A stretch of DNA of 64,000 nucleotides from an uncultured Thermoanaerobaculia bacterium (GTDB lineage Bacteria > Acidobacteriota > Thermoanaerobaculia > Thermoanaerobaculales > Sulfomarinibacteraceae). Of this stretch, positions 37,119 to 45,670 are shown in pieces (positions within the stretch are counted from its first letter, which is position 1; each line of letters opens with the position of its first letter). A model generated the notes under the pieces. That model saw nothing but the letters and a program-made list of their open reading frames with translations. It had not been told where the DNA came from and made no database searches. The stretch spans positions 268 to 64,267 of the forward strand of contig CAYQTL010000011.1 of assembly GCA_964420405.1 (NCBI GenBank). Reading direction: 5' to 3'. A program made the translations under genes and the position numbers.

Positions 37119-40100
37119 ATGGCGTGCTCCCATTCCCCCGGATCGAGCTTCCTCCGGCGTCTCGCGTGGGCGTCGGTCCTGATCATGGCGGGGACGTCGG
37201 TCCCTGCGGCCGCCCAGGCGCCGTGTCTGGACTGGGTCGACGACCTGCACAACTCGTCGGACAACTGCCTGTCGCACCCGGCGATCCCCCGCTACCTCAT
37301 GAGCCACCTGCTCGACTGGAACGGGACGCCGTACTACGTGGTCGACAACGGCAACAACCTCGAGTTCTGGGACATCGGCACCAACCCGCTGGATCCGGTG
37401 CGGTGGGAGTTCAGCTCGTTCGGGGTCCCCAACCAGGGCGACTCGGACTACGACCTGCTCACCTTCTCGGTCTGCGACGGCTGCCGCTTCGGCACCGCGA
37501 GCTACAAGCTCGGCCTGGTCCTGTTCGACCTCGGCACCGGGACCCGGCCGCGGGTCGAGGGGAGCACCTTCCTGCAGGGCGCCCCGATCGGCGCGTTCAC
37601 CTTCGAGTCGGGCAGCTCGCAGTACGTCATCACCAAGGGGCTGCCGGACAGCTGCACCGGCGGCGGCTCGACGCTGTACGAGGTCTCCCGCGACGGCGCC
37701 GACGTCGTCCTCGACCGGCTCAGCTGCGTCGAGCTGCCCGGCGGGGCCACCTTCCAGCCGGCCGGTGGCGTCTCGATCGACGGGCCCGACGGCCAGTACC
37801 TGTACCTCGCCAAGACCACCTCCCCGATCTCGGTCTTCAAGGTGATCCCGGCGGGCGGCTCCATCAGCCTCCAGTACGTGGACGTGGGCGGCGACCCCCG
37901 GCTGCGGGCGGTGATGCAGTTCGGCAAGGGCATGTCCTACGACGAGTCCCGCGACCTGCTCGCGACGGCCTACGAGAGCCGCGGCCTGACGTTATGGGAC
38001 GTGTCCAACCCGGCGAGCCCCCAGGAGATCTGGTCGGATGCGAACCTCGTCGCGAGCCGGGTGGCCCTCGGGCCGGGCTTCATGCATGTCACGGGCCCGA
38101 GCCTGGGTGACGTCTACTCCTACGACATCTCCAACCTCTCCAACCCGGTGCTGGTGGACCCCGACTTCTGGGACCTCGACAACAGCTGGAACGAGAACTG
38201 CTCGCTCGCCACCAACTACGACGGCATCTTCCACCCGACGGAGCCGATCGCCTACGTGGCGCGGTTCGCCAAGGACCAGATCATCGACTACCGGCCGTGC
38301 GGCGGCGGCGTCGCCCCGACCGCGGCCGTGTCGCTCGAGCCCGCGATCGCCTTCCCGGGCGACACGGTGACGGTCGGCAACGTCTCGCTGGGGGCCTTCA
38401 CCCGCTCCGCGGTGTGGGTCACCAGCGGCGACGATCCCCACGGCACGGTGGTCGGAGGCTCGGACGACCTGTCGGCCGGGACCCCGTCGTCGCGGGTGTT
38501 CCCGCTCCCGCAGGACCTCCAGCAGGGCCTCGGCTTCTGGGCGCACGTGGCGGTCGAGTCGGACGAGTTCCCGTACACCCCGGGCGCGACCCCCGACCAG
38601 ATCGACTCGGTGACGGTGGGCATCGACCGCACCCCCGAGGTCGGCATCGACCAGAGCGACCCGGCGCCGATCACCGGCGAGACGGTGACGTTCACGGCCG
38701 TCGCCGAGGGCAATCCACCCTCGGACGCCTACCTGTGGACCGTGACCGAGCCCGGCGGCCAGCCCACGGCGCTGGACATCGTCGGACCCCAGGTGCAGGT
38801 GGAGCTCTCCGAGAGCGGGGAGTGGGCGGTCGACGTCAGCGTGAGCTACCTCCACCAGGGGCTGACGGGAGGGCCGTACGTGGCCACCGCCGGCCTCGAC
38901 CTCGACATCAGCTCGGTCGCCGCGGCCCTCGAGGTGCTGCCGGCGAGCCCGCTGCACAACGAGCCGATCACGCTCAACAACCTCTCGGCCGTGGCCTCCG
39001 GCGCGACCCTCGACCTCGACTTCGACGTGCTGAACGCCTCCGGGACGAGCGTCGTCAACGAGCTCTCGTTCTGCGACGGTGCCGGCACCATCTCCACCGA
39101 CTGCGAGATCCCGGCCGAGACCCTGACGCCGGCGACCTACACCTTCCAGCTCACGGTCACCAACACCGACACGGGCGACCTCTCCACCGCCTCCGAGCAG
39201 GTCCAGGTGCAGGACGGCAGCCTGCAGCCGGTGATCCAGGTGTCCGACGCGACCCCCGACATCGGCAAGGTCATCACGTTCACGATCGGCGGCGTGCCGT
39301 CGGTGGAGCGAACCACCTGGAACTTCGGCGGCCCGGGCTGCTCGCCCTACGCCGTCACCGAGGTCTGCGAGCCCGGGATCTTCGGCAACTGCCTCGCCCA
39401 GACCTACTCCTACGCCACCGCGGGGGCCAAGACGGCCCAGGTGACCATTCGCTACAACAGCAACGACTTCGGCCCCTACCAGATCAACCTCGACGTCAAC
39501 AACACCGGCAGCTGCACCGGCGGCGGCGGCGGTGGTGGTGGCGGCGGCGGCGGCGGGACCTGCACCTACACCATCAGCCCGACGTTCGGCTTCGCCGACG
39601 CCCCCGGCGGCAGCGGGGCCTTCTCGCTCTCCACCCAGAGCGGGTGCGGCTGGAACGCCTCGTCGAACCGCAGCTGGCTCACCGTCAGCCCGACCAGCGG
39701 CAACGGCTCGAGGACCATCAGCTGGCAGGCGGCGTCGAACCCGGCCGAGGAGCGCACCGGCACCATCACCGCCGGCGGCAAGAGCTATACCGTCACCCAG
39801 GGCGGCCAGCCGCAGTGCGAGTACACCCTGTCGGCGACCACCAGTACCGTCTCCGCGACCGCCGGCACCGGCACCGTCACGGTCTCCACCACCTCGGGGT
39901 GCGAGTGGACCGCCATCTCCAGGGACGGCTGGATCCGGGTGACGTCGCCGGCCGACGGCAGCGGCGTCGGTTCCGGCACGGTGCGCTTCGCCTACGACGA
40001 GAACCCGTGGCAGGGTGAGCGCGAGGGGATCCTCGAGATCGCCGGCAACACCTACACCCTGGTCCAGAACCCGGTGATCCCGGCCAACTTCCAGATCTCG

Positions 40101-42767
40101 AAGACCAACCCGGACATCGGCGAGACGGTGACCTTCACGGTCGACCCGCGGCTCGAGGTGGCCAGCTGGGACTTCGGCGGCCCCAACTGCGACGAGGAGC
40201 CGGCGTTCGTCGACTGCGACACCATGCCCCAGTCCATGTGCCAGACGATCCAGTGGAGCTGGACCGAGCGTGGCCCGAAGACCATCACCATGGAGACCGC
40301 CGACGGCGACGTGGCGGAGAAGACCGTCTGGGTCCAGAACGCGGGCACGTGCCCGTGCAAGGACTCGGCGCCGACGGCCTCGTTCGAGCTCTCGCCCGAG
40401 ATCGCCGAGTACGGTGACACCGTGACCTTCACCGCCACCACCGGCGGCATCCCGTCCGCCAAGGTGCTGGCGCTGGACTTCCGCTGGGATCCCGTCGAGC
40501 CGAGGATCGGCCAGGGCGTCGACTTCCGGGTCGAGGGCGTCGCCGGGATCGACGAGGTGCGGTGGAACTTCGGCGGCTCCGGCTGCTCGCCGTTCACCCA
40601 GACCGCCACCTGCACACCGGGCCTCTTCAGCGACTGCACCCTCGAGCAGTACCAGTACGCGACCGCCGGCGCCAAGACCGTCACCCTGACGGTGATCGCC
40701 GACGGCCAGACCTTCGGCCCCGTCTCCCAGAGCCTCACCGTCCTCAACGAGGGATCGTGCTCCGGCGGCGGCGGCGGTGGCGGCGGCGGTGGTGGCGGCG
40801 GCTGCACGTACTCGCTCGCGCCGACCTCCGCCAGCTACCCGGCCGCCGGAGACACCGGCACCTTTGACGTCACCACCCAGAGCGGCTGCGCGTGGACCGC
40901 GTCCTCCAACCGGTCCTGGGCCCGGATCACCTTCCCGGACCCGCCCTCGGGCAGCGGCTCCAGCACCGTCGAGTACGTGGTGGACCCCAACACCGGCCTG
41001 CAGCGCAGCGGTGCCATCACGATCAGCTACACGGGCGGCTCGAAGACCCACACCTTCAGCCAGGGCGCCACCGGCGGCGGTGGCGGCGGTGGCGGTGGCG
41101 GTGGCGGGGGTGGCGGTGGCGGTGGCGGGACCACCGGCGACTCGAACCCCGACGAGTGGCATTGGACGATCTGGCGCAACGGCTCGGTGGTCGTGACCTC
41201 CGACCAGCCGATCTTCCAACACGAGTTCACCCTGCCCGGCGTGTACGACGTCGAGCTCGAGGTGGTGAACTGCGCGGGCTCCGACACCGCTACCGGTACC
41301 TTCGAGGTACTGCCCCCTCCGATCACCGCGGCGGAGGACTACGTGGTGCCGTCGGCCGTCCACACGGCGGGCCTCAACGACACCCTGTGGAAGACGGACC
41401 TGCGGCTGTACAACCCATGCGGGGAGGCTGCCAACATCCGCATCCGCTACCTTCCGGAGGACGTCAACAACGCCAGCGGCCAGATCAGCTACGTCAGAAA
41501 CGACACCCTGTCGCCCAACGGCACCAAGGTGTACGACGACGTGGTCGACCTGTACCCCCTCGACGGCGACGACCACAAGGGCTCGCTGCGGATCACCTTC
41601 CCCGGCGCCGAGACCTGCCGGCCGATGATCATGTCGCGGACCTACAACGACACCCCCTACGGCTCGTTCGGCCAGTTCGTGCCGGCGGTGCCGGTGCTGC
41701 CGTCGGAGGGCGGCGAGGTCCACCTCACCGGGCTCGTCCACAACCTGTTCTACCGGACGAACATCGGCTTCGCGAACCTGTCCGAGGAGGACGTCTGGGG
41801 AATCGAGATCGACGTCCTCGACCAGGACGGCAACCAGCTCGGCAGCACCGTCACCCGGATGGTGCCCGGGTTCTCCAGCGCGCAGGTCGTCAAGATCGCC
41901 GAGGCCGCCGGCGTCACCGGCAACCTGAACGTGTTCTCGGTGAGGATCCGGACCTCGAGCCCGGACATCACGGCCTACGCCTCGGTGGTGGACAACATCA
42001 CCGGCGACCCGGTCTACCTGACGCAGTCGGACACCGTCGACGAAATGGTGTACGTGCCGGGCGTCGCCCACCTGCCGGGGTTCAACGACTCCCGCTGGCG
42101 GACCGACTTCGCCCTCTACAACCCCCACGACTCCGACATCGACGTGCTGGTCCACTACGTGCCCGACGCGCCCCTCGACGAGCCTCCGTTCGACATCGAG
42201 ATCGTCGGCATGTACCCGGGCGTCGAGCGCTCCTGGATCGACGTCCTCGACACCCTCGCCAGCGAGCAGGACACGAAGGGCTACTTCGTGGTGTCGGCGA
42301 TGGACGACACGCCGCTGCCCCAGGTGGCGGCCCGGACCTACAACCTGTCGCTGTCGGGCGGAACCTTCGGCCAGAACCTGAAGGTCTACGGCTCGCGGGA
42401 CCTGATCCAGATCGGCGAGGTGGCGATCCTGCCCGGGATCTCCAACTCCTCCGACCGCGACACCGGCTTCCGGACCAACCTCGGCCTGCTCAACACCGGC
42501 ACGGACACCGCGATGGACGCCGAGATCACGCTGTACGGCGGCTCGGGCCAGGTGCTCGCCACCATGTACCAGCAGCTCGCCGCCGGCGAGTTCAAGCAGA
42601 TCAACAACATCTTCCAGGCCGCCGGCGTCGGCGACCTCGACGTCCAGGGCTCGATCGAGGTCCGGATCACCACAGGTGGTCCGGCCGCGGTCTACGCCTC
42701 GGAGGTCGACAACCGCACCCAGGACCCGATCCTGATCCCCGCCGAGCGGCTCCCGCCACTCGAGTAG
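37119..42767 (+). CDS. Giant secreted multidomain protein (1,882 aa): LVIVD-like propeller, Ig/PKD-like modules, BACON-like domains, poly-Gly linkers, unassigned tandem C-terminal domain
   Basis: Signal peptide MACSHSPGSSFLRRLAWASVLIMAGTSVPAAAQA. LVIVD-like strands (LEFWDIGTNPLDPV, LTLWDVSNPASPQEIW, VYSYDISNLSNPVLV). BACON-like CTYTISP...GCGWNASSNRSWLTV. Gly13, Gly13 and Gly19 tracts. Uniform GC3-rich codons. Confidence 0.85.
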   Translation: MACSHSPGSSFLRRLAWASVLIMAGTSVPAAAQAPCLDWVDDLHNSSDNCLSHPAIPRYLMSHLLDWNGTPYYVVDNGNNLEFWDIGTNPLDPVRWEFSSFGVPNQGDSDYDLLTFSVCDGCRFGTASYKLGLVLFDLGTGTRPRVEGSTFLQGAPIGAFTFESGSSQYVITKGLPDSCTGGGSTLYEVSRDGADVVLDRLSCVELPGGATFQPAGGVSIDGPDGQYLYLAKTTSPISVFKVIPAGGSISLQYVDVGGDPRLRAVMQFGKGMSYDESRDLLATAYESRGLTLWDVSNPASPQEIWSDANLVASRVALGPGFMHVTGPSLGDVYSYDISNLSNPVLVDPDFWDLDNSWNENCSLATNYDGIFHPTEPIAYVARFAKDQIIDYRPCGGGVAPTAAVSLEPAIAFPGDTVTVGNVSLGAFTRSAVWVTSGDDPHGTVVGGSDDLSAGTPSSRVFPLPQDLQQGLGFWAHVAVESDEFPYTPGATPDQIDSVTVGIDRTPEVGIDQSDPAPITGETVTFTAVAEGNPPSDAYLWTVTEPGGQPTALDIVGPQVQVELSESGEWAVDVSVSYLHQGLTGGPYVATAGLDLDISSVAAALEVLPASPLHNEPITLNNLSAVASGATLDLDFDVLNASGTSVVNELSFCDGAGTISTDCEIPAETLTPATYTFQLTVTNTDTGDLSTASEQVQVQDGSLQPVIQVSDATPDIGKVITFTIGGVPSVERTTWNFGGPGCSPYAVTEVCEPGIFGNCLAQTYSYATAGAKTAQVTIRYNSNDFGPYQINLDVNNTGSCTGGGGGGGGGGGGGTCTYTISPTFGFADAPGGSGAFSLSTQSGCGWNASSNRSWLTVSPTSGNGSRTISWQAASNPAEERTGTITAGGKSYTVTQGGQPQCEYTLSATTSTVSATAGTGTVTVSTTSGCEWTAISRDGWIRVTSPADGSGVGSGTVRFAYDENPWQGEREGILEIAGNTYTLVQNPVIPANFQISKTNPDIGETVTFTVDPRLEVASWDFGGPNCDEEPAFVDCDTMPQSMCQTIQWSWTERGPKTITMETADGDVAEKTVWVQNAGTCPCKDSAPTASFELSPEIAEYGDTVTFTATTGGIPSAKVLALDFRWDPVEPRIGQGVDFRVEGVAGIDEVRWNFGGSGCSPFTQTATCTPGLFSDCTLEQYQYATAGAKTVTLTVIADGQTFGPVSQSLTVLNEGSCSGGGGGGGGGGGGGCTYSLAPTSASYPAAGDTGTFDVTTQSGCAWTASSNRSWARITFPDPPSGSGSSTVEYVVDPNTGLQRSGAITISYTGGSKTHTFSQGATGGGGGGGGGGGGGGGGGGGTTGDSNPDEWHWTIWRNGSVVVTSDQPIFQHEFTLPGVYDVELEVVNCAGSDTATGTFEVLPPPITAAEDYVVPSAVHTAGLNDTLWKTDLRLYNPCGEAANIRIRYLPEDVNNASGQISYVRNDTLSPNGTKVYDDVVDLYPLDGDDHKGSLRITFPGAETCRPMIMSRTYNDTPYGSFGQFVPAVPVLPSEGGEVHLTGLVHNLFYRTNIGFANLSEEDVWGIEIDVLDQDGNQLGSTVTRMVPGFSSAQVVKIAEAAGVTGNLNVFSVRIRTSSPDITAYASVVDNITGDPVYLTQSDTVDEMVYVPGVAHLPGFNDSRWRTDFALYNPHDSDIDVLVHYVPDAPLDEPPFDIEIVGMYPGVERSWIDVLDTLASEQDTKGYFVVSAMDDTPLPQVAARTYNLSLSGGTFGQNLKVYGSRDLIQIGEVAILPGISNSSDRDTGFRTNLGLLNTGTDTAMDAEITLYGGSGQVLATMYQQLAAGEFKQINNIFQAAGVGDLDVQGSIEVRITTGGPAAVYASEVDNRTQDPILIPAERLPPLE

Positions 42768-42796
42768 GACCAGCGGGCCGCGACGCAGAGCCACCA

Positions 42797-42824
42797 GGGG
42801 CGGCCCCGCGGGGCCGCCCCTTTC
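42797..42824 (+). terminator. Intrinsic terminator of the giant gene
   Basis: ggggcggcc ... ggccgcccc followed by tttcc. Confidence 0.75.
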
Positions 42825-42854
42825 CTGTCGAGGTTCTGCGGTCCCATCACGTGT

Positions 42855-43078
42855 CCGCCCCCGATCCCGATGGCAGCGACACTGTCAGGGTCAGCGGCGG
42901 CCGGGTCGCGGACAGAGGCAGAGGCGACCGGCCTGCGGGCATCGTGGGGGGTCCTTCGACTCCCGGCACGCCTCCGGCGTGCCGCTCGCTCAGGATGACG
43001 GCAGGAGAGGCGGCCTCCGGCGTGCCGCTCGCTCAGGATGACGGCAGGGGAGGCCGCCTCCGGCGAGGATGGCGGCGC
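42855..43078. repeat. Repeat-family copy (H-S-B) ending in a 43-bp tandem repeat of about 2.5 units
   Basis: cccgatcccgatggcagcgacactgtcagggtcagcg ... ggtccttcgactcccggcacgcctccggcgtgccgctcgctcaggatgacgg. The unit cctccggcgtgccgctcgctcaggatgacggcagg.gagg starts at 42971, 43014 and 43057. Confidence 0.85.
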
Positions 43079-43535
43079 CTGGGTGTCGCGCTCGGTCAGT
43101 GTCACGGGAGGGGGCCCTCTTTGAATGGTCCCTGCTCGCGAGGACGGCCCAGGGAGGGCCTCCGTCCGCGTCGACCGGTCACGGGACGTGCGGTGCGTCG
43201 CCGGGGTCCGACGGGCGCGAACGGCGGACCCACGTGTTTCCGCGCGCGACTCGAGACCCGTGCGCCCCGTGACGGTGTCTCGAGATGGCCCGTGAGCACC
43301 AGCGAGCACCGGAGTCGTGGTGTCCCCACCCCGGGACGCGCTTGCAGTGCTGCTGTCGCCCTTCTGGGGGCCAGATTCCCGTCGGCGATGACCCGAGACG
43401 GTGCGCCAGCGCCGGCGAGCCCTTCCGCGCAGCCGCCCCGCACAGGAGGCGCCAGCATCCTGGACGAGTGCCGGGGTGTCGCGTGACGCCGCCCGCCCTA
43501 TGGGACGGCGCCACGCGGCGACGTCCCGGCAGCCC

Positions 43536-44354
43536 TCAGAGCTCGCCCTCCTCGATCGCCTCGAGCCGCTCGGGGTGGACGAAGAGCGACGGGTCGAACG
43601 GGCCGAGCACCTCGGGCTCGATCTCGACGATCCGGTTGTGGCCGGTCGGCCCGCCCCCGACCGCGAACCCCTCCATGAGGATCTGGGTCGGCAGCCGGAC
43701 ACCGTCGACGCTCTTCGTCCGCAGCACCTTGTAGCGCATGCCTTCGTCGACCACGTCCTGCATCGTCTCGGGGGGCGTGACGGCGACCGTCAGCAGCTCG
43801 AGGGTCTCCTGGTCCACCTCGAGGGCCCAGCTTCCGCCGGCCATGCTCGGAGCGAGGAAGAACCCCGGCGGGATCGTGATCTGCGCCTGCCAGGTGGGCC
43901 GGCCCTGGCTCGTCGACGCCCTCACCTCGCCGAGGGCCACCCCGTCCATCTCGAGAGAGAACGGCAGCAGCATCGGGAAGACCTTCTGGTTCACGGTGCC
44001 GCGGCTCATCTTCGCCGCCTGCGGCCGCTCGTCGACCTCGCCCTTGACCAGCGCCCACGAGTCGCCCTCGTTGCGCACCACCGTGGCGCCGTTGCGGAAC
44101 TCGAGCCGCGCGTTGTCCGGGTTCGGCATGTACACGGTGAGGTCGAGCAGGGTCTGGAACTGGCGCCCGTCGGCCAGCGTCTCCTGCTCCTCGACGCCGA
44201 ACCGGACGGTACCCAGCCTGGCCAGCGCGTCGTGGCCGCCGGCCGCCTCGACGATCCTCTCCACCAGCTCCTCCGGGCTCGGCGGCGCAGCCAGCACCGG
44301 CGCCGCGACCACCATCGCGAGCACTGCCGTCATCGTCCACCGGCGGTAGTGCAT
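43536..44354 (-). CDS. Secreted hypothetical protein (272 aa)
   Basis: ATG 44354 gives the signal peptide MHYRRWTMTAVLAMVVAAPVLAAP. The N-terminal EELVERIVEAAGGHDALARL pattern is reminiscent of LolA-like/DUF secreted proteins, but this is weak. Confidence 0.65.
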   Translation of the reverse strand: MHYRRWTMTAVLAMVVAAPVLAAPPSPEELVERIVEAAGGHDALARLGTVRFGVEEQETLADGRQFQTLLDLTVYMPNPDNARLEFRNGATVVRNEGDSWALVKGEVDERPQAAKMSRGTVNQKVFPMLLPFSLEMDGVALGEVRASTSQGRPTWQAQITIPPGFFLAPSMAGGSWALEVDQETLELLTVAVTPPETMQDVVDEGMRYKVLRTKSVDGVRLPTQILMEGFAVGGGPTGHNRIVEIEPEVLGPFDPSLFVHPERLEAIEEGEL

Positions 44355-44455
44355 GTCGTCTCCTCCCTTTCTGCGGTGCCGTTCCGGCACCTTTCCGTCA
44401 CGGCCGGCGAGTATAAAGCAATCGTCGTGCCACCGCTGTGGTACTCTCCCGCCGC

Positions 44456-45670
44456 ATGCGCAGCGCCGGGTTCGGGCACGCCGTCGTCGTCGACAACGTC
44501 CACAAGTGGTACCGGGTCTACGCCTCCCCGTTCGAGCGGGTCAAGCGGGTCGTGGGCGCCCCCAGCCGCCACCTGGACTTCCGCGCCCTCGACGATGTGT
44601 CGTTCGCCATCCGTCGTGGCGCGGCGGTCGGCGTCATCGGCGAGAACGGCGCCGGCAAGTCCACCCTGCTCAAGCTGATCGCCGGCACGACCCGGCCGAC
44701 CGCGGGGACGGTCGAGGTCGAGGGCTCGGTGGCGGCGATCCTCGAGCTCGGGGCGGCGTTCCATCCGGAGTTCACCGGCCGCGACAACGCGATCCTGTAC
44801 GGCGCGATGCTCGGCATCGACCGTCCGGACATGGAGCGGCGCCTCGGCGACGTGTTCGGCTTCGCCGAGCTGGGCGAGTTCGTCGAGCACCCGATCAAGA
44901 GCTACTCCACCGGCATGCAGATGCGGCTCGCCTTCGCCGTCGCGACCCACGTCGATCCCGACGTCCTGGTGGTCGACGAGGCGCTGGCGGTGGGCGACGG
45001 CTACTTCCAGAAGAAGTGCGTCGACCGGATCCTCGAGATCCGCGAGCGCGGCACCACGATCCTGTTCTGCTCCCACTCCATGTACTACGTGTCCATGTTC
45101 TGCGAGCGCGTGATCTGGCTGCGCTCGGGGCGCGTCGTGGCCGACGGTCCGCCCCAGGAGGTGGTGACGGCCTACGAGGAGTTCCTCGTCAACCGCGAGC
45201 GCAGGCGGCTCGAAGGCGGCGCCGGGGAGGGAGCCGAGGCGCGGCCGGAGCGGCCCGGGCAGGCGGCGAGGATCGTCGCGCTGCGGGTGCTCGACGGCGA
45301 CGACCGCGAGCTCGGCGGCTACCGCCCCGGCGAGCCGGTGACGGTGGAGATCGAGTGGGAGGCGGCCGACCCTGACGCCGAGCTGCACCTGGGGGTCGCC
45401 CTGGAGCGGGGCGACGGCATGCGCCTGGTCGGGGTGGCGACGTTCCTGGACGGTCTGCCGCCGCTCCGCGGCGGCGGGATCCGCAAGGCCCGGGTCCGCT
45501 TCCCCGGCGTGCCTTTGGCCAAGGGGCACTACGCCGTCACCGGCTACCTGTTCGACCGCTCGGGGCTGCACATCTGGGACGAGGTGGTCGTGCCCGACCG
45601 GCTCAAGCCGGCCTCGGAGAAGTGGCAGCCGGCGGTGCTGCAGCTCGACCACCGGTGGGAGACGCCGTGA
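44456..45670 (+). CDS. ABC transporter ATP-binding protein, Wzt/TagH-like with ~160-aa C-terminal extension
   Basis: Walker A GENGAGKSTLLKLI, signature YSTGMQMRLAFA, Walker B VLVVDEALAVGD. Alternative start GTG 44438. Confidence 0.88.
   Translation: MRSAGFGHAVVVDNVHKWYRVYASPFERVKRVVGAPSRHLDFRALDDVSFAIRRGAAVGVIGENGAGKSTLLKLIAGTTRPTAGTVEVEGSVAAILELGAAFHPEFTGRDNAILYGAMLGIDRPDMERRLGDVFGFAELGEFVEHPIKSYSTGMQMRLAFAVATHVDPDVLVVDEALAVGDGYFQKKCVDRILEIRERGTTILFCSHSMYYVSMFCERVIWLRSGRVVADGPPQEVVTAYEEFLVNRERRRLEGGAGEGAEARPERPGQAARIVALRVLDGDDRELGGYRPGEPVTVEIEWEAADPDAELHLGVALERGDGMRLVGVATFLDGLPPLRGGGIRKARVRFPGVPLAKGHYAVTGYLFDRSGLHIWDEVVVPDRLKPASEKWQPAVLQLDHRWETP

Noticed and set aside
37992-42794. A 1,600-aa minus-strand ORF antisense to the giant gene
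   Set aside because: Same artefact. It has an R/G/A/V/D-rich composition, no signal or motif, and no promoter or RBS, whereas the plus-strand gene has a promoter, RBS, signal peptide, domain repeats and a terminator.
43080-43535. Known housekeeping ncRNAs (tmRNA, RNase P RNA, SRP RNA, 6S) in the long gene-free gap
   Set aside because: I could not find their conserved sequence blocks by eye, for example the RNase P GAGGAAAGTCC core, a tmRNA tag reading frame with a tRNA-like end, or the SRP GGAA tetraloop context. The region is reported only as unexplained.
44379-44400. The hairpin ggtgccg-ttc-cggcacc followed by ttt, as a plus-strand terminator
   Set aside because: No plus-strand gene ends upstream of it. 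It lies in the divergent promoter region between the minus-strand secreted-protein gene and the ATPase gene, so it is at most a 5'-UTR structure.
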